Shown piece after piece: positions 25,518 through 37,321 of a DNA stretch of 64,000 nucleotides. Source of the DNA: Neoconidiobolus thromboides FSU 785. Taxonomy: Eukaryota > Fungi > Entomophthoromycota. The stretch is from contig MU626296.1 in assembly GCA_025603075.1 (NCBI GenBank), forward strand, positions 1-64,000, given 5' to 3'. The notes beneath the pieces are model-generated. The model ran no database searches. It had not been told where the DNA came from and saw nothing but the letters and a program-made list of their open reading frames with translations. The position numbers and the translations under genes were made by a program. Each line of letters opens with the position of its first letter. The first letter of the stretch is position 1.

Positions 25518-27125
25518 TTAGTGTTCACGAATGATTTGTTCGAAGTCATTTCCAATGAATTTCTCTGGGTGGTTAATACGAGAATTATGGAATCCATAAC
25601 AAATGTAAATAAGTATACCAATACCAAGCCAGATGAAAAGACGAGCTAATGAAGATGGTGGATTTGTAAACACTAAAGCGATCGAGAATAAAGCTCCAAA
25701 TAACGGAATAACATAAGGTCCTAATGGAACACGGAATGGACGTGGGAGATCTGGTCTTTTAATACGAAGGATCATAACTCCAATGCATACAAGAAAGAAG
25801 CCAAAAAGTGTACCCATACCTGACAATGAGCCTAAAAGATCAACTGGGAAGATAGCAGCTAATAATGATGCAATACATCCTACAATAAGCTGACTCACCC
25901 ATGGAGTACCAAATTTACGATGGACTCTTCCAAAGAATCTAGGTAAAAGACCATCACGAGACATGGTATAGAAAATACGAGCTTGGGCCATCATGGTAAC
26001 AATAATGGCAGTAACCATACCAAGTACAGCTGATAGACCAATAGCAATAGATAACCAATTTTTGTTGACATAAGAAGTTGCAAAAGTAATTGGACTATTG
26101 ACATCAATTTCATAATAAGGAACAATACCTACTAAGACCAAGCATACAGCAATATAAAGCGCAGTTGAAATAACTAAAGAACCAATGATACCAATAGGCA
26201 TGTCCCTTCCAGGATTTTTAGCTTCTTGTGCAGCAGTTGATACAGAGTCAAATCCAGTATAACAAAAGAACACGATCGATGAGCCTTTTAATACACCCAA
26301 TGCACCATATTTACCGTAAACACCGTCTACTGCACTAGGAATAAATGGATTATAATTAGCAACGTCAACGTCTCCAGCACAAGCAAATATAAATAAAAGA
26401 ATAACAATCATTTTGATTATAACTGCAACAACAGTAGCAGTGGCAGATTCACGAGAAGAGTATATTAATAATAAGGTACATGCCATAATAATACAGACTG
26501 CAGGAAGATTGAAATAATCTCCTGTAAGCTCAAAACTACTTTTTTCTTCAACCCATTTTACGAACGCTCCAGTAAGATGCTTTGGTGGATTCCATCCAAA
26601 GGCATCATGAAAGAATCGCATAAGATAAGCAGACCATCCTACACCCACAGCAGCAGTACCAACCAAATATTCCAAAACTAGAGCCCAACCAACGACCCAA
26701 GATACAAATTCACCCATAGTAGTATATGTATAAGAGTAAGCAGAGCCAGCAACTGGAATCATAGCAGCGATTTCAGCATAACATAAAGCAGCCAAAGTAG
26801 CAACGAAACCAGCAATAGCAAAACATAAAACAACAGCAGGACCAGCATTATCATGTGCAACAGTACCAGAGTATATAAAAATACCAGTACCAATAATACA
26901 ACCGATACCGATACCAGTCAAATGAATAGCATTGAGACTACGTTTCATACCAGTGTTTTGAGTAGCATCCATCAAACCTTCAACATTTTTTCTAACGAAT
27001 AACCTTCTTAATGTAAACATACCCCAGTTTTCACCAGACTTTCTTATAACTTGAGGAACAGGGACATCGACTGATCCAGTCTCTTTTGAAGTCTCAAAAG
27101 CTTCATTTACTTCTTTTTCACCCAT
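25518..27125 (-). CDS. APC-superfamily amino-acid permease (CAT/SLC7-like), paralog 1, intronless
   Basis: 535 aa, multiple hydrophobic segments, motifs GIGCIIGTGIF, CYAEIAAMIPVAGSAYSY and GFDSVSTAAQEAKNP. Confidence 0.93.
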   Translation of the reverse strand: MGEKEVNEAFETSKETGSVDVPVPQVIRKSGENWGMFTLRRLFVRKNVEGLMDATQNTGMKRSLNAIHLTGIGIGCIIGTGIFIYSGTVAHDNAGPAVVLCFAIAGFVATLAALCYAEIAAMIPVAGSAYSYTYTTMGEFVSWVVGWALVLEYLVGTAAVGVGWSAYLMRFFHDAFGWNPPKHLTGAFVKWVEEKSSFELTGDYFNLPAVCIIMACTLLLIYSSRESATATVVAVIIKMIVILLFIFACAGDVDVANYNPFIPSAVDGVYGKYGALGVLKGSSIVFFCYTGFDSVSTAAQEAKNPGRDMPIGIIGSLVISTALYIAVCLVLVGIVPYYEIDVNSPITFATSYVNKNWLSIAIGLSAVLGMVTAIIVTMMAQARIFYTMSRDGLLPRFFGRVHRKFGTPWVSQLIVGCIASLLAAIFPVDLLGSLSGMGTLFGFFLVCIGVMILRIKRPDLPRPFRVPLGPYVIPLFGALFSIALVFTNPPSSLARLFIWLGIGILIYICYGFHNSRINHPEKFIGNDFEQIIREH

Positions 27126-29951
27126 CGCGAGCCTATAAAAAATTCAAACTTTATTAAATATATTTAGTTCGTAGTAAGTTTATGTACTGTTTATATACTC
27201 TTAAATATGGTTTCTTTTTTTATCATTTGGGCCAAATTCCAATTTGGTTCTCAGAACTTGCTTTAATTATTAGCAATCAACTGATTTAAAATGTGATGTT
27301 AAATAAAATCTTCACCTCCAACTTTGGTTAATTGTATGACCTACTACTAGGCTAGATCACTTGATAGATTTTAATCCTAATGCTGGTGAAAAAATCTACA
27401 TTGCCTATTTTGATAATCTATAAATTATAGCCAATTAATTTATTTAAATTTTTATTATTATATTAAAATTATATATATTGATAATAACAATGTACATGTA
27501 TGTGTTTATCAATATAAGCTTTATTCTCGTTTGATTTTTTTTATACAGAAAAGGTTTTTGTATTTACCTTAATGCTTCTAAATTAATGAAGGAGCTTGTG
27601 CTTTAAACGAAAAATGTGGCAAACTGATAATGAGAGGGACAATGTTACATAATGGCGAAATTCTGAAAAATCTGCTTTTAAGCGTCCTTAATTTTTAAGG
27701 ATAAAACAAGATAAACTTTAATTCTTTTATTCAATAATAATATGGGGTAAAAATTATATACAACTTTATACAGAAAAAGTTATCGTATACTTGTATTGTT
27801 AAAATATATGGCTATAAATGATTATAACAGTGAAAGGAAGGATTCTATACCCTCAATATTTAATGATAGAGGCACATAATTTAATAATTTGAGGACCTTT
27901 TAAGTGTATTAACCCATAAATTAAATTTAACTACTGAGTTATGCAACGTTTTAGTCGAAATATTTCCCTTTTACTATAATGACTTTAATCACCATTTTTA
28001 TTTTAATCAGTTGATTCACTTTTTATTATATTTATCTACTCATGGTATATAATACTTTTTAAGCTAAAGTTATAAAAAGGATCCTTAGACTCCCTTTAAA
28101 CCGTTCATTATATATAACCTAAATATTAAATTAATACTAAACCCATAGTACATTTTTAATAATCTAACGAATAGCATTTCCCTGAGGTATAATTTGATCT
28201 TAGATAGTAAGGTAACTTAACAAACTAAAGCCCATAGTAACAGTATTTTATTTAATAGATGAGATCCTTACTATAAATATGCTTTTATATGAATTTATAT
28301 AAATATAAATATAGGCACTTGTAATCTATTTAAAAATAATCTTTGCATTTATTTACAAAAATATATATTATTTATTATCAATGTTCGGTAATTACCTCAA
28401 GCTTTCTATTCTGCTGCAATCTTGTATCAGTTATATCTTGAAATCAATCAAATATTTTTTGCATAAATGAAAATAACATAAGAATAAATGATATATTTAA
28501 TTTATAAAAGATGTAAAGCGGAATATAAAATCAAATAAATGTTGCTAAAAATGGCATTTCTTTCTAGATTACATAATAATATTAATCCGGGTACAAAATC
28601 ACTCAAATAAGGTTTTCTCATTTTATGGTTTTTTAACCATATTTAAAAATTCTATTCTTTTATTGCAAAATTTATCAACGGATGAGATAAGATATATTTG
28701 TTACAGTAAACTTACATCAAATAAGAGACGATAAGTGTTTTCATACAACTATTATTAATATTGCATTATTTTCTACTTATTAATGATCATTGAGGAAAGA
28801 ATTCTTTCCAATATGCAAATGAATAAAAAATCAAAAATCAAAGGTAAGTTCTAGAGAAAGCAAATGATCAGAGAATAGAATAATAATTCTCTTATCTAAT
28901 CATTTGACAGCTCATATTTATTACTGTAATATTATCAACACAGAACATTTGAAAAAGGACAACACATATAGTAAATAAGCAATATGGTATTTTTTAAATC
29001 TTTAGTTTATATTATATGTTTTTATGACTGTTAACTAAGGTATATAATTCAACTATAGAAAATCTTATAGAAGCGAACTATCTAAAGTAAAACATTAAAG
29101 ATTTGAAATGGTCAAGTGAAAGTATACTAATAAATTAGGTTCTAGAAAGAAATGTTTGTCTTACCACCTTGATTATCATTAGACTTCTATTTGTACTAAC
29201 TAGGACAAAATTATAAATTGGTCGTAATATTGAAAGTTGCTATCCTCGAGATTCCTTTTTTTGACTATGGCTAGCTAATAAAAATTAAAATGCAAAACAT
29301 TCTTTAAATTAATTCATTTTAACCTTTATTTTTTATATTGGAATTGATATACTGCCATACATATATAATTTCTATAAAAAAATAGTTAATTTACTTAAAA
29401 AGTATAAAGCTTTGAATATAAGGTTTTTATTTTGTTACATCTGAATATAATAACTCATTTGTTTAAAATATGATGAGATAAAACCTTAAAATAAGCTTTT
29501 ATAAAAGTTATGGCTAAAACGTGAACTATTATAATGATATTATATTATTGAATTATAGCCGAAAACAGATCATTAGTACTAAATGCTCCGTTTATTTTTT
29601 TTATTAAAAATACTATAAAAGTTTACAATTTAATCAAGTAAAATCGATTGTTAGTTATATTAAATAAAAGCTGTATTTAAGCACTTTCCAATTTATTTTA
29701 ACTCTAATTATTATATAATAACATACAAATAAAATTAATTCCTACTTATAGTAGATAAATCTGTATATGTATATTTCCAGCTATATTTTAATAATATACA
29801 AATGAGATAACTCTGTTTTTTGAAATAGTAGTTTATATAAAGATTTAAAAATATCAAATAAACTTTATAAAAGGCTCTACTAAAAATTTATTATTTACAT
29901 TATTCATTGTTTATATACCCAAACATTAAGAATTGGTCATTTATTTCAACA

Positions 29952-31250
29952 TTAGCCAAAAAATGTGTCATCGGAGGATGTATCTGATGATAAGCTTAAA
30001 GAATCTGTAAATAGCATGCTTTTACTTGATAGTGACAGATTGGTAGAAAACTCAGAAAAGTAAGTTGAGACCATAGTAGAGTTTAATATTAACTCTTTTT
30101 GCTTTTTTGTTTGACTATCACTCTCCCTTTTGTTTTGCTTCCTTTTGAAATGTAATTTTTTATTAGGTTTTTTAATGAAATAAGTAAATTTATCAGGCTC
30201 TTTGGGTGAATCATATACAAATACTTTGCTTTTCTAAAAGTCATTAGTATTGACTTAATAGTTGACTAATTAGCATACCTTAATTTTAATTTCATTGGGT
30301 ATAATGAAATAGATATAATATAACTTATACATTATGTATATAAAATAATCTTCTAAATTAATAGTATCCTAAAAGTGTTCTTAAATGATAATGAATATTT
30401 AATGAATAAAAAATTACATTATCACTTGTAAAAACTAATTCCTTTAGTAAATAATTTGAAGAAAATTTAGTAATACTAATAATTGATGTACATATCATTT
30501 CCCAGTTAGGATATATTTCTTTAAATAACTATAATAATATAATTATAATAATAATTGTGTCTAAAATTATAACCTTGAAATGATTAGAATCAAATATAAG
30601 CGGAAAGTGAAGTTTTAATAATGAAAAGATAGCATATTGAAGTTGGTCTAAAATTTGATCGGATTTTTGATAGTCATCTAATAAAAAAGTTAATAATTAA
30701 TTTAATAGTATATTTTTTTACCTTCCCTGCCTAATTCTATACTTAAATTGATGCTTTTTAAATGTGATATTAAATTAGGTTGAATGTTTAATTGATTTTG
30801 TGAAAATAAATACACTGCTATTTAGGTAAGTTATTTTTTACATGAATGCATTAAAATTACTTACTTTTCATAAAGTCATTGTTATTTATATCTGGCTTGA
30901 TTTGAGATACCATGGTATTCTCATAACTTTGTTCAGAGATTAACAGTGATAATATAGGATTCTTCCACTTCGTTTTAATTATTGTTTTATTTCTAGTTTA
31001 TTAATAATAAATTATTAAAGTTAAACAATAGTTTAAAATATTACGTATCTAAAAAGATTATATTTAACACAATAGACCCATTAAAGTAAATAAATTGGCT
31101 AAATTCTTTGTTTATTACAGTGTTCTCCTTTATAATATTAGTGATTGTTTTAGAGAAATGTAATATATAATTAAAACTTATTTTAAATAAATTATCTGAT
31201 GTTTTATTTTTAAAATTGATTGATAAATAATCCTTTTTTTCATAATCCAT
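29952..31250 (-). CDS. Orphan multi-exon gene of unknown function, mostly absent from the ORF track
   Basis: Six GT-AG introns of about 45-60 nt, each phase-consistent, join the exons into one open frame: ...IFLDT/NKTIIKTKWKNPILSLL...DFMK/TVYLFSQ...ELGRE/DDYQKSDQILDQLQ...NHFK/LFKEIYPNWEM...TSDN/DTINLEDY...KIK/KSKVFVYDSPKE...DTFFG*. The 5' start is uncertain. Confidence 0.65.
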
Positions 31251-31374
31251 TTATAATGTTTTTAAAAATAAAATTCATAGATTTTATATAGTTTGCTATT
31301 TAATGCATTTTATTAATTATTCATTTTGATATTTACTTAGCAATTATAACTTTTATTTTATCATTATCTATTTA

Positions 31375-31881
31375 TTAACACTTGTTTAAGCATTTCCCAT
31401 CCTCACAAGCATCGCATAAAGTTATGTCGTCCTCATAAGTATTATATAAATTTACAGCATCCTCACTTTCTTTCTCATCTTCGGATAAATTGATTTCTGT
31501 TATGATTTTAGTACCATGGTATTGGGTTATTTTCCTATTCGTTTTTAAACTAAAAAAGCATTCAACTGGAGGTGCCTTCATTCGATTGTTGAATGCTTTT
31601 GAGTGCTCTTCTAAAATTTTTGGATCCAAAATGGTTTCGCTATTTTTGACTTTTCGCTTTTTATCAGCCTTTTTATTCTTTTTGCCCATCCTCCTAACTA
31701 CCTTTGTTTTGCTTTGTTTTTCGGTTTCGTTGTTTTCTTGGGTGCTATCTTGTGTTGAGTTTTCATCCAAGCCAAGTCCCTTTTTATCAGATTCAAGCCC
31801 GCTAAATGGAGATTCATGTTCTTCCTTTAATAAATCAAATATATTCCCTGAATGCCCAAGCTTAGCATCATTATCAGACAT
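31375..31881 (-). CDS. Hypothetical charged protein (168 aa ORF), possibly the 5' part of the 29952-31250 gene
   Basis: ORF with coding-like composition, a Lys-rich NLS-like patch and C-terminal CDACEDGKC. No family recognised. Confidence 0.5.
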   Translation of the reverse strand: MSDNDAKLGHSGNIFDLLKEEHESPFSGLESDKKGLGLDENSTQDSTQENNETEKQSKTKVVRRMGKKNKKADKKRKVKNSETILDPKILEEHSKAFNNRMKAPPVECFFSLKTNRKITQYHGTKIITEINLSEDEKESEDAVNLYNTYEDDITLCDACEDGKCLNKC

Positions 31882-32820
31882 TTTTAGTTTTAAAAAGATG
31901 AAAGATTGTCTTTATTAAAATATCCAAATAAACTAAAAACTGGGAGTATAATTGGTTGGATTATGTTAAAATTTAAAAGTAGCTAATAAAAGATACCTAA
32001 AATTATCGCAAGATGCCAATTATTTATAGTTTTTATCTAAATTCAATGAAAGTATTACCAGGACCACTCCTAACATAATAACAGCTAAAATCGATATGTG
32101 AACAAAAGCGAAACGAATGAGTCAATATTCTCAATTGCAAAAATTTCATGCTATTTTGGAAAGAGAAATTAACGAGGATGGGAACAAGTATTATGAAGAT
32201 TCAGTGGATGAGAATGTGTTTCATTGTTTAGCTTTATTCTGAGACAGATGAGTAAAGTAAATCCAGGGCTGCAACAGTTATGATTGCTGAAAATTCGGGT
32301 CATCTATATATAAAATTTATGTGCTAGTATTATATGGTCTTGGAAATTACTTGAATGATAAGGGTATTTGAGAATATGTATAGCCTTCAGAAGACAATAT
32401 TGTATGTAGTGAGTGATAAAAAAAGACTATAGTTTACAGAAAATAAGTATTAGTTTGTCATTTTAACCTATATCGAATTTTAGTAGATTACGAAGATTCT
32501 TTTTCACTTTATTTAGCAAAATACAAAGAAGTCCTTTAAAAACTATTAAAATGTGAAATCTTCGAATATCTGTTTACTTTATGACTTTAAAATAAATACC
32601 ATTTAATAAGTTATATTATAATAAATAAACCAACTTCTCTTCACTATTTTATAATAAGTTGATATGACTGTATATTCATTTTATTCAATACAAAAAACCT
32701 CAGATTCACTGCCAAAATTGTTTTTATACTAGAAGAAATTGCATAGATACAAGTTCCAGCTATTATTTTAGATCATTCATATATTTATAGCAATTTAGCC
32801 CAATAAGTTAAATCAAAATA

Positions 32821-33681
32821 CTAATAATAGTCTCTAGTTAAACCGTTATCAACATTAGTTTGATTAACCACAGATTTAATCCAATCTTTATAGTTAAACA
32901 CCCGAGTATAAATACCTGGAGTATTTGGTCTCCCACACTTAAATCCAAAAGATATGATTCCTACTAAAACTGGATTATTATTATTCTTATCAAAATATAA
33001 TGCAGGGCCACCGGAATCTCCTTGACAAGCGTCAATGGTACCTTCGTCAAAACCTGCACAAAACTCTTGTCGAAAATCTATATCATAAACTTTACTTAAA
33101 TAGTTATAACAAGTTAACGGCTCAAAAACAGGAATTTGTCCGATAAGTAAAGTCTTACTATAAGGCCCATTACTATATATCGAACCCCATCCTAATATGT
33201 TTAGTTTTGATGATACTTTCTTCGCTATATTCATCTCATCTATCAACGGAAAGTGAATCTTTGAGTTGTTTACTCCAAGCCTTTCTTTACTAGAGTTTTC
33301 ATCCCTAAATACTCTATCTTCTAGTATTAAGATTGCAATATCATTTTTAATTCCTTTATTATTTGAATCATAGCTAGGATGTAAATAAACTTGCTCAACG
33401 TATGAATTAAAGCCGCCCTCATCTTCATCTTTTAAAGCCAAATTATGTCGGTTAATTTTTATCTGCAACTCAGTTCTTAAATGAGAAGCAATACAATGCC
33501 CGGCAGTTATCACGGCTTTTGAAGAAATTAAAACTCCTGAACAAAAGGGCTGGTTTGTTTTTTGGTCATAAATTGAGACCATAAAGGGATATGAAAAAGG
33601 GGTTACTTGTTTACCATTAGTGATACTAGAGACTATACTAAAATAGGTGATTATAATTATAAAATTTATTATCTCTATCAT
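32821..33681 (-). CDS. Secreted trypsin-like serine protease (S1 family), intronless
   Basis: Signal peptide, triad motifs TAGHC, DIAIL and GDSGGP, and S1-pocket Asp in DACQGDSGGP. Confidence 0.95.
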   Translation of the reverse strand: MIEIINFIIIITYFSIVSSITNGKQVTPFSYPFMVSIYDQKTNQPFCSGVLISSKAVITAGHCIASHLRTELQIKINRHNLALKDEDEGGFNSYVEQVYLHPSYDSNNKGIKNDIAILILEDRVFRDENSSKERLGVNNSKIHFPLIDEMNIAKKVSSKLNILGWGSIYSNGPYSKTLLIGQIPVFEPLTCYNYLSKVYDIDFRQEFCAGFDEGTIDACQGDSGGPALYFDKNNNNPVLVGIISFGFKCGRPNTPGIYTRVFNYKDWIKSVVNQTNVDNGLTRDYY

Positions 33682-34118
33682 ATGTGCTATAATGAGTTGA
33701 AGCTATTTTCTTCCTCATTGTTTTATTATTATTCTTTCTTTCAGATCAACATGAGCATTAGATTTTGATTTTATTATAATAAATTAGTGCTAATCTTATA
33801 TGTTCTCATTTCTGTCAATCTTAATTGCTAGTAATTAAAATGATGTAATAATAGACTGAAAGAGTACATTTTAGTAATATTTTTGGAAAATTTTCGATAA
33901 TATGAGAGAACTAGGATTTTTAAGGACCATAGTAATTTATTACTATTATCTATTATGATTGGCCAAGGACTTTTAAAGTACTTAACCCACTTGAATAAAT
34001 ATAAATTATTATTAGAATTATAACACTTGCTAATAGAACCATCATATATTCTTCATAATTCTCCTTATAAGCTTTTTTAATTATTTAGAACCTTTTACTA
34101 TATTATAATTGATTTATA

Positions 34119-35046
34119 ATGGCTGGTATTACAAAAGGTTTAAAGAGAGCACTTATGATAACCTCATTTGTGCTATTTGTTGCCGGTAGTATTGCAATTG
34201 GTATTAGTGCTTACTTCTTATTTTATCCATTTAAACGTCGAGCTATTATTATACAACCTCCAGTAATTTTAGGTAAAGAATCCTTGACTTTTAGCTAAAA
34301 ATGAAAAATAACCCTTAACTAGTTGCTTTATCTCTTGGTGTTCTAATGACAATATCTTCCATTATTTTATTATCTGTCTTTTTGAGTTCAAAGCTAAACA
34401 AAATGTTTTTATATGCATTTCGTGTAGTCATACTACTGACTCTTTTAGTAACCCTAGGTTTGGGAGCTTATATTTGGTTTAATTCTTTAAATGTATCAAG
34501 TGATTATAGCCATCGATGGAATGATTGGAGTGCCGAGATTAAAGGCATGTTCCAGGATGAAGTAAGAATTTTATTGTGTAAGTTTTTATCCAAACTAACG
34601 CTTCGAAGGGAAAATGCTGCGGCTATGATGGTGACAGAATGGTTTTGTCAAATTTTTGTACACAGGAAATGATTGATGCAAAAAACTCTGTCCCTTGCAA
34701 AAGTTCAATTCAAGAGTTCGTGAACTATTATTTACAAAATATTTATACAGCATTATTTCTATACGCAATTGTCGATTTCTTTACATTGCTTATGTGTCTC
34801 GTTACATTAAAGGCCTTACAAGATATGGAGCGCTATGAGAGATCCATGCGTAAAATGATTAATTTGCATAATTTGGAAGACTCACATTTAATGTCTCCAG
34901 AACAAGTATATGGCAATGAGGAATATGGTGATGAAGAGTATATCCAAGAAGCTGCATACAATCCACCTTACCCAAGACATCAGCGCAAAGAAAGTTATTT
35001 ACCTATGGCACAACATAGAGCTTCAGTAGTATACACATATACCTAA
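34119..35046 (+). CDS. Tetraspanin (Pls1/Tsp-like), 3 exons
   Basis: ATG at 34119 (MAGITKGLKRALM). Splicing QDE/GKCCGYD restores the CCG motif. Four hydrophobic segments, two further EC2 cysteines and a long C-terminal tail. Confidence 0.85.
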
Positions 35047-35487
35047 TAATATTTTCGATTAAACAAAATAGTTATGATCAATGTTTTATTTATAATTAAA
35101 TAACGTATATAATATAAAATCGAATAGCTTTTTGTTAGTTACATAATCGTTATTAATAATATGATTAAAATTTTCTTTTTCTTTTTCTTTTTCTTTTTCT
35201 TTTTTTATGTACCTATTTAACTGTGATAATAGACTGAATTAGAATTAGCTATATTTTAACATGCCATACAAGATAAAAAATATTACTTTATAAAAGCGTT
35301 TATAAGTGTTATCATATAATAGTGTTGCATCTTAAAGAATCATTTAAGTACAATATTAACAAACTTTAGGAATGTAGATGTACATAGTTGATTTTTGAAG
35401 TCATGGAATTGCTTTTATTGTTTAGCTAAAATTATAAAACTAACAAAATTAATGAAATTTTATTAAGCAACTTTTATAATAGGAACA

Positions 35488-35588
35488 TATGAGGAGGTAT
35501 TTTTTGTTTAAGAATTTTACCAACAGCCTTTCCACTCAAATAGTGCCTAAAAATAGAAAAGTAATGAAATTAAAAAAATACCCCCATA
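35488..35588 (+). mobile_element. MITE-like element, copy 5, about 20 bp from the COP-epsilon stop codon
   Basis: TATGAGGAGGTATTTTTTG...TTTCCACTCAAATAGTGCC...AAAAGTAATGAAATTAAAAAAATACCCCCATA, with ATAT on both sides. Confidence 0.82.
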
Positions 35589-35610
35589 TAATACTTATAA
35601 AATAATAACT

Positions 35611-36711
35611 TTAATTTTCAATTGCATATTTTTGGCTTGCTACATCAAATTGTGTAGCCTTGGCATCCAAATTAACAATTAAAGGATGATTTGGATCAAT
35701 ATCTCTTAATTGACTAAAATTGTATTAGATAAGTTTAAACTTTGTATATTTAAAAATCTTACTTAATGTATCTCTGTTTAACTTCGGAGGGTTTCTCAGT
35801 AAGATCGGAACATACCGCCAAATTTGCAAGTGTATTTGGATCATTGTTATCCTTTAAAACAGTAAATAACAGCAATTTAGAACATTTTAATCTTACCTTG
35901 TTCATAGCTTCAAGGAGGATTTCTTCTGCTTCTTGATATTGCCCAACTTGTAAATAAGCAACAGCTTTTGAGTTCATTAATTTTACAGTATTAGCAAAAC
36001 TTTGTTGACTGATTTCATCAAATATAGCATATGCTTCTTCTAATTTATTTCCATTCTATCTCTAGTTAAATTTAAATGAAATAAAATTAAAACATAACTT
36101 ACTAATCTTAAATCAATCCAAGCTTCAATTAGTTGTATTAAGGGAACATCCTCAGCCCATGATTTGGCTTTGTTTAACTCTTTTTCTGCCAAATCAACTC
36201 TATCTAAAGCTAGTAATATTTGGACCTTATAGGAAACACTATCATGCTATTTTAATAAGTTAAAAATATCAATATTAAACTACCATTCAAGATGTTTAGG
36301 GTGAAGGCTCACTGCTTTAAGAGCCGGTTCGAGTTTATTAGCATGGATACATGCTAAAGCAAACAAAAGTTGTAAAGTAGGATTTAGAAGATTAGTTCCT
36401 TCATTAACAATGGCTTCCATTTCGTTGATAAGAGTGTCATCAACATTGTTTTTTGGATCTGTAATTTTGGATAATAATTTAATAACTTTAAATTCCGATG
36501 ATAAATCATTTTTGTTTAATTCAGTTGAAACCAAGTTATATTTTCCTAAGGCCAAATAAGCACGATACAATAACACTTTTAAGTCGGTTTGGTATTGGGA
36601 ATTGATTTGAGATTGCAAAGTGGTGCATTCATTTGCAACTGCTTGGTAAGCACCAAAATAAAATAAATTTTGGGCATTAAATAATGGGCTGTTAAGCATT
36701 TCTTCGGCCAT
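35611..36711 (-). CDS. SEC28: Coatomer epsilon subunit, multi-exon
   Basis: LFNAQNLFYFGAYQAV, TPR-like AKAVAYLQVGQYQEAEEILLEA, DPNTLANL, and last exon QLRDIDPNHPLIVNLDAKATQFDVASQKYAIEN*. Confidence 0.88.
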
Positions 36712-37321
36712 TGTTATATTGATCTTTTATTTGTAAAAACTGTTTTTGATTTTTTTGCTACTTCTATTATGTTTTTTGTGACAATTTAATTTTTATGTAG
36801 CCAATAAAAACGCTCCATTTAATCAAATTTAAATAGGAGGTACGTTTATTCAATTTTGTATTACTTGAAATTAAAAAAGAGACATTACCAATCAGTATTC
36901 AAAATTAAATATTAAATACATGATAAACATATATTATTTTATATATACATTTGCTTTATAATTAAGTTAGAATATAAATTAGAAGATTAATCTAATGAGT
37001 AGGTTTTAATGAAGTTAAAATACTATTATTTATATTATTTGTAGATGTTATACAGTACATTTCTGTTTCAAATAATTTTATACATTTCAACCACATAATA
37101 TGGTTTATACATTTCGATTAGATAATATAATATGTTGCATCATGAAATTCATATATTCACATATTAAACTAATTGAATTAAACTCACTTCATAATAAAAT
37201 TAATATTATAATGTAACAATAAAAATGATTATTCCAAAAAGTCAAATAAATGCTTATAATTCTTTTTTAATTTAAATTACCGACATGTAGTCAAATAATA
37301 ATATAATCTGATCCCAATCAT

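Noticed and set aside
31490-31918. 142-aa hydrophobic + strand ORF
   Set aside because: It is the antisense mirror of the Lys/Glu-rich minus-strand ORF (AAA/GAA read as TTT/TTC).
32040-32450. Slightly GC-richer stretch with a short ORF (MSQYSQLQKFHAILERE...)
   Set aside because: Multiple stops in all frames and no recognisable family or repeat boundaries.
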